From Cyanobacteria bacterium J06626_4 (GTDB lineage Bacteria > Cyanobacteriota > Cyanobacteriia > Phormidesmidales > Phormidesmidaceae): a DNA stretch of 26,790 nucleotides. The translations under genes and the position numbers were made by a program. Below, piece after piece: positions 8,992 to 17,614 of this stretch (the stretch's first letter is position 1; the number at the start of each line of letters is the position of its first letter). The stretch covers positions 1 to 26,790 of the forward strand of contig JBCBJQ010000082.1 of NCBI GenBank assembly GCA_038523235.1. Reading direction: 5' to 3'. The notes beneath the pieces are model-generated. The model was given only the letters and a program-made list of their open reading frames with translations. It ran no database searches and was not told the origin of the DNA.

Positions 8992-9022
8992 AAATCCCCC
9001 AGTGAGCGCTGGGGGATTTTTT
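8992..9022 (+). terminator. intrinsic terminator between convergent genes
   Basis: AAATCCCCCAG-tgagcg-CTGGGGGATTTTTT. Confidence 0.8.
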
Positions 9023-9106
9023 ACGGGTGATCGGGCCGATTATTTTCAGCCATGTTTTCCCGCAGTCCTAGTTGAGACTGCAGCTTTTTTATCCCGGCGA
9101 TCGCCC

Positions 9107-9484
9107 TCATTCTCCATCGCCTAGTTCAGCCTGCAAGCCCTGACTAAACTCCAGCAAAATTCGTAGACGATCTTGCAGTTGAGCCAAGCGCTTTGCCTGA
9201 GTCTGTGGCGTTTTGGCCGATCGCAAAAAGGTGACATCCAGGCCCAGCAGCCGCAAGGCTCGATTAATTTCAGTCTGATAGGTCGTCAAGGTGCTGGCAG
9301 CAGGTGACGCGATGAGGGCTGGCAACAACTGCTGTTGATAAAGGTGCTGCAGAGCCGTGACCTGCGGCTGTAGCGATCGTTCCGCGACATTGGGTGCGCC
9401 AGCATCAGTCTGCAGCTGCTGGAGTTGCGCAATTAGCCGTGTGGTTAGAGCGATCAGTGATGCTGGGGGATCAAGCTTAGACAT
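9107..9484 (-). CDS. patD: PatD-family protein (heterocyst frequency control protein homologue)
   Basis: Helical Gln/Leu-rich 125-aa protein with YQTEINRALRLLGLDVTFLRSAKTPQT..RL.Q.QDRL. It is divergent from rel, as in other cyanobacteria. Confidence 0.75.
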   Translation of the reverse strand: MSKLDPPASLIALTTRLIAQLQQLQTDAGAPNVAERSLQPQVTALQHLYQQQLLPALIASPAASTLTTYQTEINRALRLLGLDVTFLRSAKTPQTQAKRLAQLQDRLRILLEFSQGLQAELGDGE

Positions 9485-9577
9485 GTAGTGGGTAACCTAT
9501 AGACTAACGTCGCTGCGCTGGGGCCGTGACGGGCTTTGCCACCCTCAAATAACGATCCCAGTGAATCATTTGGTAAT

Positions 9578-9637
9578 AAATGCCCCAGCTTTATCTATCA
9601 ACTATAGATGTCAACGATAGATAAAGCTGGGGCATTT
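9578..9637. repeat. perfect 22-bp inverted repeat with 16-nt spacer
   Basis: AAATGCCCCAGCTTTATCTATC (9578-9599) / GATAGATAAAGCTGGGGCATTT (9616-9637). Confidence 0.95.
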
Positions 9638-9895
9638 TTAGGTATTTTCTAAGATAGAGGTTTGCAGCGACACTCAACAATCACAGCGACCTAGGGGTAA
9701 TTTTGCCTGCTAGGTCAGTTTTGATTAACGATTCCACCGGTTTTGTTTGTTCTTCAAATCATGCTTTGATAGCGGTCATCCAGTTGGCGATCGCTAGGCG
9801 CGATCCCCGATTTCACTGATAGCTACCTAGAATTTCTCTGTGTTTGCCGCTAGCTCACCGCTCGCGATCGTGTCGTTTAGTTTTTGGTTTACGTG

Positions 9896-12241
9896 ATGCC
9901 CAACCCGACGGTTTTACTGCCCGATGACTGCACTGTGCCTCAGTGGCTAGCGACTTGCTTGCGCGCCACCGAAGATCGCGACAGCAGCCACGACGGCAAT
10001 GGTCATCACAGCAACGGCAATGGTTCCAGCAATGGCGATGGTCTTGCCGCTAAAGTCGACAGCTTGTCGAGCTTTAGTGCCGATGAACAAAGTCTGATGG
10101 GTCGCGCTTTTGAGTTTGCCTATACCCTACACAAAGGGCAAAAACGAGCCTCAGGCGAAGCCTACATCTGCCATCCGGTGGCGGTCGCGGGCCTACTCAA
10201 AGAGCTGGGTGGCGACAGTGCCATGATTGCCGCGGGCTTTCTGCATGATGTGGTCGAAGACACCGACGTCACTCCGGAAGAAATTGCCGCGCACTTTGGA
10301 GAAGAGGTGCGCCAGCTGGTTGAGGGCGTCACCAAGCTGTCAAAGTTCAATTTTCACAGCAAAACTGAGCGCCAAGCAGAAAACTTTCGCCGCATGTTTT
10401 TAGCGATGGCCCAAGACGTACGGGTGATTGTGGTGAAGCTGGCCGATCGCCTGCACAATATGCGCACCCTAGAGCATCTCAAAAGCGCAAAGCAGCGCCG
10501 TATCGCCGCCGAAACCCTAGAAATTTTCGCGCCGCTAGCCAATCGACTGGGGATCGGCCGCGTTAAGTGGGAACTCGAAGACCTGTCTTTTAAGTATTTA
10601 GAGCCTGAGTCTTATCGGGTGATGCAGACCTATGTGACTGAAAAACGCACCGATCGCGAGGCTCGGCTGCAGTCTGCCGCTATCACCCTGCGCGAACGCA
10701 TGGAACAAGCGGGCATGGGGATCGTGGATGTCAGCAGCCGCCCCAAACACCTCTACGGCATTTTTCGCAAAATGGAGCAGCAGCAAAAAGACTTCAACGA
10801 AATCTTTGATGTCGCAGCGATTCGCCTGATTGTTAATACCAATGAAGAATGTTACCGCGCCTTGGCGATCGCCCACGATGCTTTTCGACCGATCCCCGGT
10901 CGGTTTAAGGACTACATCGGCCTGCCTAAACCCAACCGCTATCAATCCCTACACACTGTTGTCATTGGCAACTATGGTCGGCCCATTGAGGTGCAGATTC
11001 GTACCCTAGAAATGCACCATATTGCTGAATACGGCATCGCTGCCCACTGGAAGTACAAAGAATCTGGGGGCTCTAGCAATGCACCGATCACAACAGACGA
11101 AGAGCGCTTTACCTGGCTGCGGCAGCTGCTGGAATGGCAAAGCGACCTCAAAGACGCCCAAGAATTTATGGACAACGTCAAAGGCAACCTCTTTGACGAA
11201 GATGTCTATGTGTTTACGCCCGACGGCGACGTGATTTCGCTGACGCGAGGCGCCTCACCGATTGATTTTGCCTATCGCATTCACACTGAGGTGGGCAACC
11301 ACTGTGCCGGAGCGCGGGTAAATGGTCGCATCGTCCCCCTTGATACGCCCCTCGAAAACGGCGACATTGTGGAGATCATCACCCAAAAGAACAGCCACCC
11401 CAGCCTCGACTGGCTTAACTATGTGGTGACAGCCGGAGCTCGCAACCGCATTCGTCAGTGGTATAAGCGATCGCACCGCGACGAAAATGTGGCTCGCGGT
11501 CGCGAGATGCTGGAAAAAGAGATGGGCAAAAGTGGCTTAGATGCCATGCTGAAGTCTGAACCGGCTCAGGCGGTCGCCGAACGCTGCAACTATCCCAACG
11601 CCGAAGACTTGCTGGCGGGGCTGGGCTATGGCGAAGTCACTCTGAATCTGGTGGTAAACCGGCTACGCGAAGCGGTGAAGGCGCAACAGCCGATGGCGGC
11701 TAACACCACCCAAGAAGAAGATGCCGAAACCATCTTGGCCGAGGCGATTAGCAGCCCCGCTCGCCCGCCAAAACCTCACTCCAATTCGCCCATTTTAGGC
11801 GTGGAAGGATTGCTTTATCACATTGCAGGCTGCTGCAATCCCCTGCCGGGTGAATCGATTATTGGCGCCGTCTCGATGGGTGCCCGTGGCATCGCAATTC
11901 ATCGTCAGCGCTGCCCCAATGTGGAACGTATTCCCGGCGATCGCCTGATCCCCGTCAGTTGGAACCATGGCGAAGCCACGGCGAAGCGATCGTCCACCTA
12001 TCCCGTGCAAGTGAGCATTCAGGTGATCGATCGCGTGGGCGTGCTCAAAGATATTCTCAGTCACCTCTCTGATCTAGATATCAACGTCCACAAGGCTCAG
12101 GTCAAGACCTTCCCCGCCCAAACCGCTGAAATTGAGCTGGGTCTCGACGTGCGCGATCACTCGCATCTAGAGCAAACCTTTACTCAGCTGCGCAAAATGA
12201 CCGATGTCCTCTCGATTCGTCGCATCAGCGAAGCGTCTTGA
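9896..12241 (+). CDS. rel: bifunctional (p)ppGpp synthetase/hydrolase (long RSH)
   Basis: HD hydrolase (HKGQKRASGEAYICHP, LHDVVEDT, VKLADRLHNMRT), synthetase (RFKDYI, YQSLHT, EVQIRT), TGS (DFAYRIHTEVG), CCNPLPG zinc finger and C-terminal ACT (DRVGVLKDI). Confidence 0.97.
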   Translation: MPNPTVLLPDDCTVPQWLATCLRATEDRDSSHDGNGHHSNGNGSSNGDGLAAKVDSLSSFSADEQSLMGRAFEFAYTLHKGQKRASGEAYICHPVAVAGLLKELGGDSAMIAAGFLHDVVEDTDVTPEEIAAHFGEEVRQLVEGVTKLSKFNFHSKTERQAENFRRMFLAMAQDVRVIVVKLADRLHNMRTLEHLKSAKQRRIAAETLEIFAPLANRLGIGRVKWELEDLSFKYLEPESYRVMQTYVTEKRTDREARLQSAAITLRERMEQAGMGIVDVSSRPKHLYGIFRKMEQQQKDFNEIFDVAAIRLIVNTNEECYRALAIAHDAFRPIPGRFKDYIGLPKPNRYQSLHTVVIGNYGRPIEVQIRTLEMHHIAEYGIAAHWKYKESGGSSNAPITTDEERFTWLRQLLEWQSDLKDAQEFMDNVKGNLFDEDVYVFTPDGDVISLTRGASPIDFAYRIHTEVGNHCAGARVNGRIVPLDTPLENGDIVEIITQKNSHPSLDWLNYVVTAGARNRIRQWYKRSHRDENVARGREMLEKEMGKSGLDAMLKSEPAQAVAERCNYPNAEDLLAGLGYGEVTLNLVVNRLREAVKAQQPMAANTTQEEDAETILAEAISSPARPPKPHSNSPILGVEGLLYHIAGCCNPLPGESIIGAVSMGARGIAIHRQRCPNVERIPGDRLIPVSWNHGEATAKRSSTYPVQVSIQVIDRVGVLKDILSHLSDLDINVHKAQVKTFPAQTAEIELGLDVRDHSHLEQTFTQLRKMTDVLSIRRISEAS

Positions 12242-12368
12242 GCAATGGGCGATCGGGCAGCCGCTGCGAAACCAGCCTAAGCCAACTGACTGGCGGGGTG
12301 GTGTCAGAGCTTCACGAGAACTGCGACAACGACATCAGGCTCCGGTGAGAAGCGTATAGTGCAGCCGA

Positions 12369-13010
12369 TCACATCGACTTTTGGCCAGTTGTTGCCGTTC
12401 GTTTAGGCACAAACGACTTCAGCAGTACGCCTCCCAAGAGCAATCCGACCATCAACGGTAATCCGGCCAATAGAAAATTTGGCTTAGCGCCATCTTTGAG
12501 CACGATAAAATCTTCAGCCAGTTGGTTGCCATAGAGGTCTTGGAGTTTGAGACGGGTGTCTTCATCTGCCTCAATGCCATACTGCACTAAGCCAGAGACT
12601 TCACCCTGGGGAAAGAGCTTATCTTGATTGGCCGCAGCATATTCGACAACAGTCTCTTCTCCCTGCTCTACCGCAGCCTGCAGGTCTTGCAGAGTTTGCA
12701 ACTGAGCCTTATCCTTCGTGGCTAAAACCACTTGAATAAACCCTTGCGCTTCGTCTTCGGTGCTGAACACCGGAATGTAGAGTTCATTAACCTTACCGAT
12801 GAAGCGAGTTTGCGCATAAGACGCTTGGGGCAGGCTGAGTTCGGTATTACTCAGGGTCAACCATTTATCATCAGGGCGATCGCTCAAATACTCTTCTATG
12901 GAGTAGCTGGCAGGTTCTAGGTTCGTCGCTGCGGTGTGCATCCCTTGGCCACCGCCCCACAACAGCGTGATCGTCGCTAACCCTAGAAATATCCGGGCTC
13001 TAGCTTTCAT
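12369..13010 (-). CDS. hypothetical membrane protein (N- and C-terminal TM segments)
   Basis: 213-aa ORF with hydrophobic ends and an acidic soluble middle. AGGAGA RBS upstream. Confidence 0.75.
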   Translation of the reverse strand: MKARARIFLGLATITLLWGGGQGMHTAATNLEPASYSIEEYLSDRPDDKWLTLSNTELSLPQASYAQTRFIGKVNELYIPVFSTEDEAQGFIQVVLATKDKAQLQTLQDLQAAVEQGEETVVEYAAANQDKLFPQGEVSGLVQYGIEADEDTRLKLQDLYGNQLAEDFIVLKDGAKPNFLLAGLPLMVGLLLGGVLLKSFVPKRTATTGQKSM

Positions 13011-13150
13011 AGTGAGTTTTCTCCTGGGAATTGGCAGCGGCTTGAGGCAAGCTGAATCAAGCTCCAGCAGCGCCCATCAAAATTCCCTAGCCGCTGAGCA
13101 CAGCCACAGAAATTTCACAGTTCAATGAAAAATATTTGAAGCTGAGCCGG

Positions 13151-14518
13151 TTAGCCGAGCCAGCCATCGGTGGCATAGCTCACCCACTGCTGGGCCAAAA
13201 GTCCCACACCCACCACCGCAAGGCCCCAACCTAAGCGAGTCAGCTGGGGTAGCGACAAAGCACTCAAGATGGCCCCGATGCCGACAAAGGCAAAAGGCGT
13301 GCCAAAAAAATGGCGCGACGTACTGTACAGATTGCCGGAGTTAGCCAAGAGGTTGATCAGCGAATGTACGCCGGCAAAAGCGATCGCATACAGCACAGAA
13401 AATCGCCCTAAATACCGGGACCAGTCAGCGAGATGGCTCACCTTAATGACCTTGACCCAAGCTTGGCGAAAACGAGCAAGCCCCATTAGCACCCCGGTAA
13501 ACGCGAGCGGATGCAGCAGCAGCAGATACCACCCCACCTGACGCGGCAAAATCAAGACCAGATGTTGACGCTGACGAGCGGCGACAGACAGCATGCCCAC
13601 AACCGCAACACTAATCAGAGCAGGCAGATAGAGGCCATGCAGATCGATCAGCAGCGATCGCGGCAATAGGAGCAACCAGGGCCGCAGTCCCACGGTGCGT
13701 CCCCAGTCAACCTGCGCGTGAAACGGAGCCCAAAAGTCACCTACTGTTTGCCAACAGCTAAAGCCATACAGGCTATAGCCCACCAGACTACCGGCACCAA
13801 TCACGGCTGCCAAGCCAAAAAACTGTGTCGGCACTAATTCAATACTGCTCAGGGTACGACTCGACGCTGTCAGTATCCACCGCAGATAAAGGAGAACACC
13901 GAGAGTAAAAGCGATCGCAAACCCTGACTGCAGCAAGATCGGTCGGGTCAGACTGAGCCCCACGGTCAGCCCAAACAACATCCCATACCACCCATAGGCT
14001 GGGCTGCTGCCCACTGATAGTGCTTCGATCTCGGTCAGGGTAAGCAAAAACAGCAAACTCAACAGGCTAAACAGGCTCTCGGTGTAGCCAATGCTATGGA
14101 AAATTGCGTTCGGCCCCACCGCATACAGAAAAAACGAGAGAAAGGCAATTTGACGATCTTTAAGGAGTTGCTCAAAGGTGAAGAGGGCGATCGGCAATGA
14201 GAGCAAAAATAGACTGGCCGATGCGAGCTGGGCCAAGCGCAGCGTCGGCATCAACGCTGTAGACAGACTCAGCCAGTGAATCACGCGCGGCCAGAGGGGA
14301 TAAAACGCCGTGCAGGCAGGTGTTAAGGCGAGCTGGGCATAAATCCCCGCATCCCAATATTGTCGGGTGTCAGGAGACTGTAAGACCCAATACTTTGCCC
14401 AGCCTGCTGGATGCAAGAGCAAAATCGTCCACTGTACCGCCAGATAAACCGCCGCCGTGACGCCCACCCTGGCCCAAAAGCTGGCGTTCAATACTGAGAA
14501 AAACCTAACGCCTGCCAT
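13151..14518 (-). CDS. multi-pass GT-C glycosyltransferase (PIG-V/mannosyltransferase-like)
   Basis: YWDAGIY, AFYPLWP, GYTESLF, LTRP, PFHAQVDWGR and STSRH motifs, with many TM segments. Confidence 0.75.
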   Translation of the reverse strand: MAGVRFFSVLNASFWARVGVTAAVYLAVQWTILLLHPAGWAKYWVLQSPDTRQYWDAGIYAQLALTPACTAFYPLWPRVIHWLSLSTALMPTLRLAQLASASLFLLSLPIALFTFEQLLKDRQIAFLSFFLYAVGPNAIFHSIGYTESLFSLLSLLFLLTLTEIEALSVGSSPAYGWYGMLFGLTVGLSLTRPILLQSGFAIAFTLGVLLYLRWILTASSRTLSSIELVPTQFFGLAAVIGAGSLVGYSLYGFSCWQTVGDFWAPFHAQVDWGRTVGLRPWLLLLPRSLLIDLHGLYLPALISVAVVGMLSVAARQRQHLVLILPRQVGWYLLLLHPLAFTGVLMGLARFRQAWVKVIKVSHLADWSRYLGRFSVLYAIAFAGVHSLINLLANSGNLYSTSRHFFGTPFAFVGIGAILSALSLPQLTRLGWGLAVVGVGLLAQQWVSYATDGWLG

Positions 14519-14796
14519 ATCGAGGGAGTCACTCTCTCCAAGGAGATCATCGTTCCACCATACCCGGTAGCTGAGCGCAGTTTTGCTCGATGACGGCAGT
14601 CGTCATCGCTGGCAAAGTCAAAGCGGCTCATCGGCGTTTCAGCATTTCAGCGTTTCGGCAGTTAGTGAAGGACAAGCATCACTCTGAAACCCCTGTTTTC
14701 AGACCAATGGACGCACCTCCCCAGGCAAAGCGTGCTGTCACCCAGGCTCAGTAAAACGCTTGGACGTCCATCTGCCCAATCGTAAAGTCAGGGGTG

Positions 14797-15408
14797 TTAA
14801 ACCTTAGAGAGCTGGACGTCGGCTTGGCTAACGAACCAAGTGCTCAGATTGGCTGGGCTGATCTCCTCACTCAACTCCACTAAGTAATCGTCGCCCTTGG
14901 CTTCCGAAGAGAGCACATAATAAGTGGTCTTATCTTCCACTAAGTACCAGCCAGTACCGGTGCCATCAGGGTCTGCCGCTTGCAAAAGTGCGATTTCGCG
15001 ATCATCAACCTTAAAAGCCGCCCCTGCCTCGTTCGACACCACCAATTTCGTCTTGGCAGCCCATCGTTGCTTGAAGTCCTCTTGCAATTGCAAAGGCACC
15101 GCTGATTGGATAAAAGCCAGCGCCTCTTCTTGATGAGGATTGATGGACTTTTCACCTTTATAGGAGCGTGGCAAGTTTTCTAGATATAGCGGCGATTGTC
15201 CAGTGCTGGCAGAGGCTTGTGCGCCCAAGCGCCATTTTTGAGCGAACTTTTCGAGAATAGTTTTATCTTCTAAATCGTTACTAATATGTCGTTGTAGCCA
15301 CTGTAAAGCCCGCTTTTGCATGGTTTGCTGTTGCTGACTGCTAAACGAAGCATGAGATTCAAAGGCATCTCTCAAAAAGCTCGGCGCCAAAGATACGGAA
15401 TCAGTCAT
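14797..15408 (-). CDS. hypothetical protein with two Q..AL..LQ...F...W repeats and a C-terminal beta domain
   Basis: 203-aa ORF with AAGGA RBS upstream and an internal repeat visible in the translation. Confidence 0.7.
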   Translation of the reverse strand: MTDSVSLAPSFLRDAFESHASFSSQQQQTMQKRALQWLQRHISNDLEDKTILEKFAQKWRLGAQASASTGQSPLYLENLPRSYKGEKSINPHQEEALAFIQSAVPLQLQEDFKQRWAAKTKLVVSNEAGAAFKVDDREIALLQAADPDGTGTGWYLVEDKTTYYVLSSEAKGDDYLVELSEEISPANLSTWFVSQADVQLSKV

Positions 15409-15814
15409 GGTGAATAGTTCCTTAAAGGTACAGAGAGCGGAGCGATCGCAGGTTGCCTAGCCAGCAGAAGCGCACGATGACAACGCTTCCTAAAGCTATC
15501 AAGCGAATTATTATGCGGTGAATTTATCCTTTTTCTGCCATCAAAAAATCAAACCATTCGCAGTCAAGGCATAAAGCTCTTTAGAAATTCAAAATGACTC
15601 AAACAGCTTTTAAATCTATTTAAAACACGCCTAAATTCATTGCTTAAGTAGCAACAAGCAGCAACTGATACAGGCAAAAGTCAAAGTTTTCAAAATCAAC
15701 AGCATCTGATCAACTGAAATCCAATGCAAGCACTGACAAGCTAATGCATTCGAATGCGCGAACCCATGCCGTCACTATATAGCTGATCGCGGTTTAAATC
15801 CGCAGTTCAGAAAG

Positions 15815-15906
15815 CGATTAGCTTTTTGAGAAAATTGCTTAAAAACAATTTTCTCAAAAAGCTAATCGTTGATACTTTTTTTCTCAAAAAAGCTGACCGT
15901 TGATAC
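15815..15906. repeat. perfect 23-bp inverted repeat plus tandem copy of the right arm
   Basis: CGATTAGCTTTTTGAGAAAATTG (15815-15837) / CAATTTTCTCAAAAAGCTAATCG (15846-15868). TTTTCTCAAAAA(A)GCT.A.CGTTGATAC then occurs twice (15849-15875, 15879-15906). Confidence 0.95.
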
Positions 15907-16199
15907 CAAAACGGGTAATTCTTCATCGAGAATTTCACGCCATGCATTGATAACTCTAATCATTGACCCGCTCCCCGCTCCCACTTATTTTGAGCAGCCA
16001 GCTCGGTGAAGTCCCTTGAGGCCAAATTCCGCACTTCACAGTCCGGACGCTAGCCTGGCCACCGAACCTCATCATGTCGTCTGTCAGATTGCAGGAGTTT
16101 CATTACACTACGAAGGACATGATTACGAGTCTTAATCTGTCTCTGCTCGGTCAAGTCACAGCAGGCTACGTTACCGGTTGCTCTTCTCCTCAAGTATCT

Positions 16200-16967
16200 A
16201 TGAATCCTCTTACTCCCCTGCTTCACCTCATCGGTTCTGGTGCGACGGCTTATCTGCTGGCCAGCCAGATCCGCGATGCTCAAACTCGTCCTAACGTCCT
16301 CGCGGGCTTTTACTTTGCTGAGTCAGGTTCGGTGCCGTTTTTGACCAAGCTGCGCGATCGCGCGCAGGCGGAAGGCGACCTGTGGCTGGCAGAGCAGTTG
16401 ACTCAACACGCTAATGATGAGCGTCGCCACGGCCAAATTTTTGCCAATGCGCTGAAGCAGTTGGGCAAAGAGGCGATCACGCCAGAGAACCGGGCTGATG
16501 CCGCCACTGCCAAAGCCGATAAGAAAGAACAAAAAAGTCCGTTTTTTGACGCTTACTATCGCGACTACAGTCAGGCGGACTTGAAGCCAGACGTCATCGA
16601 CTGGCGCGTCTTTTTGGGTAGCACCCATATTTTGGAAGCTGATGCTTGTCACGACTTTCGTCGCATGGCACAAGCACTAGACGGAGTAACTGGAATGGAC
16701 AAAATTCAGGCGGGCATTCTCAGTGTGTCGGCAGATGAAGCCCGTCACGCCGGCTATCTCAAGGTGGCGATGCAGCGCCGCCATGGCTATGTCGCGACGG
16801 AATCTTTGATCAACGACTGGCGATCACGCAAAGTCGATGCGTTGATGGCGATGGTCAGCAACTTGATTGAGCGGCGGGGGGCCATGCGCACCCTGGCTCA
16901 AGATCGCGTCGAAACTGCCCCAGTTGAGCCAGTGAGTGAAGCGGTGCAGGTCTTGACGGCAGCGTAG
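16200..16967 (+). CDS. ferritin-like (di-iron carboxylate) domain protein
   Basis: FAESGS..DERRH..ILEAD..DEARH gives two ExxH motifs. The start at ATG 16200 (MNPLTPLLHL) is inferred; 16074 and 16119 are alternatives. Confidence 0.85.
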   Translation: MNPLTPLLHLIGSGATAYLLASQIRDAQTRPNVLAGFYFAESGSVPFLTKLRDRAQAEGDLWLAEQLTQHANDERRHGQIFANALKQLGKEAITPENRADAATAKADKKEQKSPFFDAYYRDYSQADLKPDVIDWRVFLGSTHILEADACHDFRRMAQALDGVTGMDKIQAGILSVSADEARHAGYLKVAMQRRHGYVATESLINDWRSRKVDALMAMVSNLIERRGAMRTLAQDRVETAPVEPVSEAVQVLTAA

Positions 16968-16996
16968 CATTGTGGCTGGGTGGGAGGCGTCCACCG

Positions 16997-17491
16997 ATGG
17001 CGAACATTGAGATTATTCGAGATTATTTTCCGGGCGTGCTGGGTCGCGTGACCGAGTTGCATGGTCAGTATTACGGCCAGCACTGGGGCTTTGGCACATA
17101 CTTTGAAGCGCGCGTCGCGAAAGATTTGGCCGCGTTTCTAGAGCGCTATGACACTGTCAGAGACGGACTCTGGACTGCCGCTCTCAACGGGATCGTCGAG
17201 GGTGCTATCGCGATCGATGGGCTCAACGCCAAAACAACCCGAGCGCATCTTCGCTGGTTCATCGTCTCGGAAGTTCTACAGGGCACAGGTCTGGGCCGCA
17301 GGCTGCTGAATACTGCGATCGACCACTGTAAAGAACGGGATTACGGGGGCGTGTATCTGCATACGTTTGAGGGTTTGACTGCAGCCAGACACTTGTATGA
17401 GCAGTACGGATTTAAGCTAGTTGACCAGACGATGGGGACGCAGTGGGGTACGAAGGTGCGTGAGCAAAAGTTTTGGCTGGAGTTTCGGTAG
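16997..17491 (+). CDS. GNAT N-acetyltransferase
   Basis: AHLRWFIV..LQGTGLGRRLL (acetyl-CoA motif A) and AARHLYEQYGF. GGAGG lies 9 nt upstream of ATG 16997. Confidence 0.9.
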   Translation: MANIEIIRDYFPGVLGRVTELHGQYYGQHWGFGTYFEARVAKDLAAFLERYDTVRDGLWTAALNGIVEGAIAIDGLNAKTTRAHLRWFIVSEVLQGTGLGRRLLNTAIDHCKERDYGGVYLHTFEGLTAARHLYEQYGFKLVDQTMGTQWGTKVREQKFWLEFR

Positions 17492-17614
17492 CGCTGCTTG
17501 TCAGGACCCTGCAGTGCGCAGAACTGGCGGCATACCTCTATTCGCAAAAGACGTTCGGTCAGAGGGCAGGCTGCTGAATCTGCGGCGATCGCCCCCGATT
17601 TTTCGACCAGTCCC

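Noticed and set aside
9698..9711. GTA-N8-TGC as an NtcA site for patD/rel
   Set aside because: It mismatches the TAC half-site and has no clear -10 at the expected distance.
14634..14659. Three 8-bp tandem units GCGTTTCA/GCATTTCA/GCGTTTCG
   Set aside because: Too short and degenerate to distinguish from chance.
15849..15906. Roughly 28-bp direct repeats as a mini-CRISPR
   Set aside because: Only two abutting copies, with no spacer and no cas genes.
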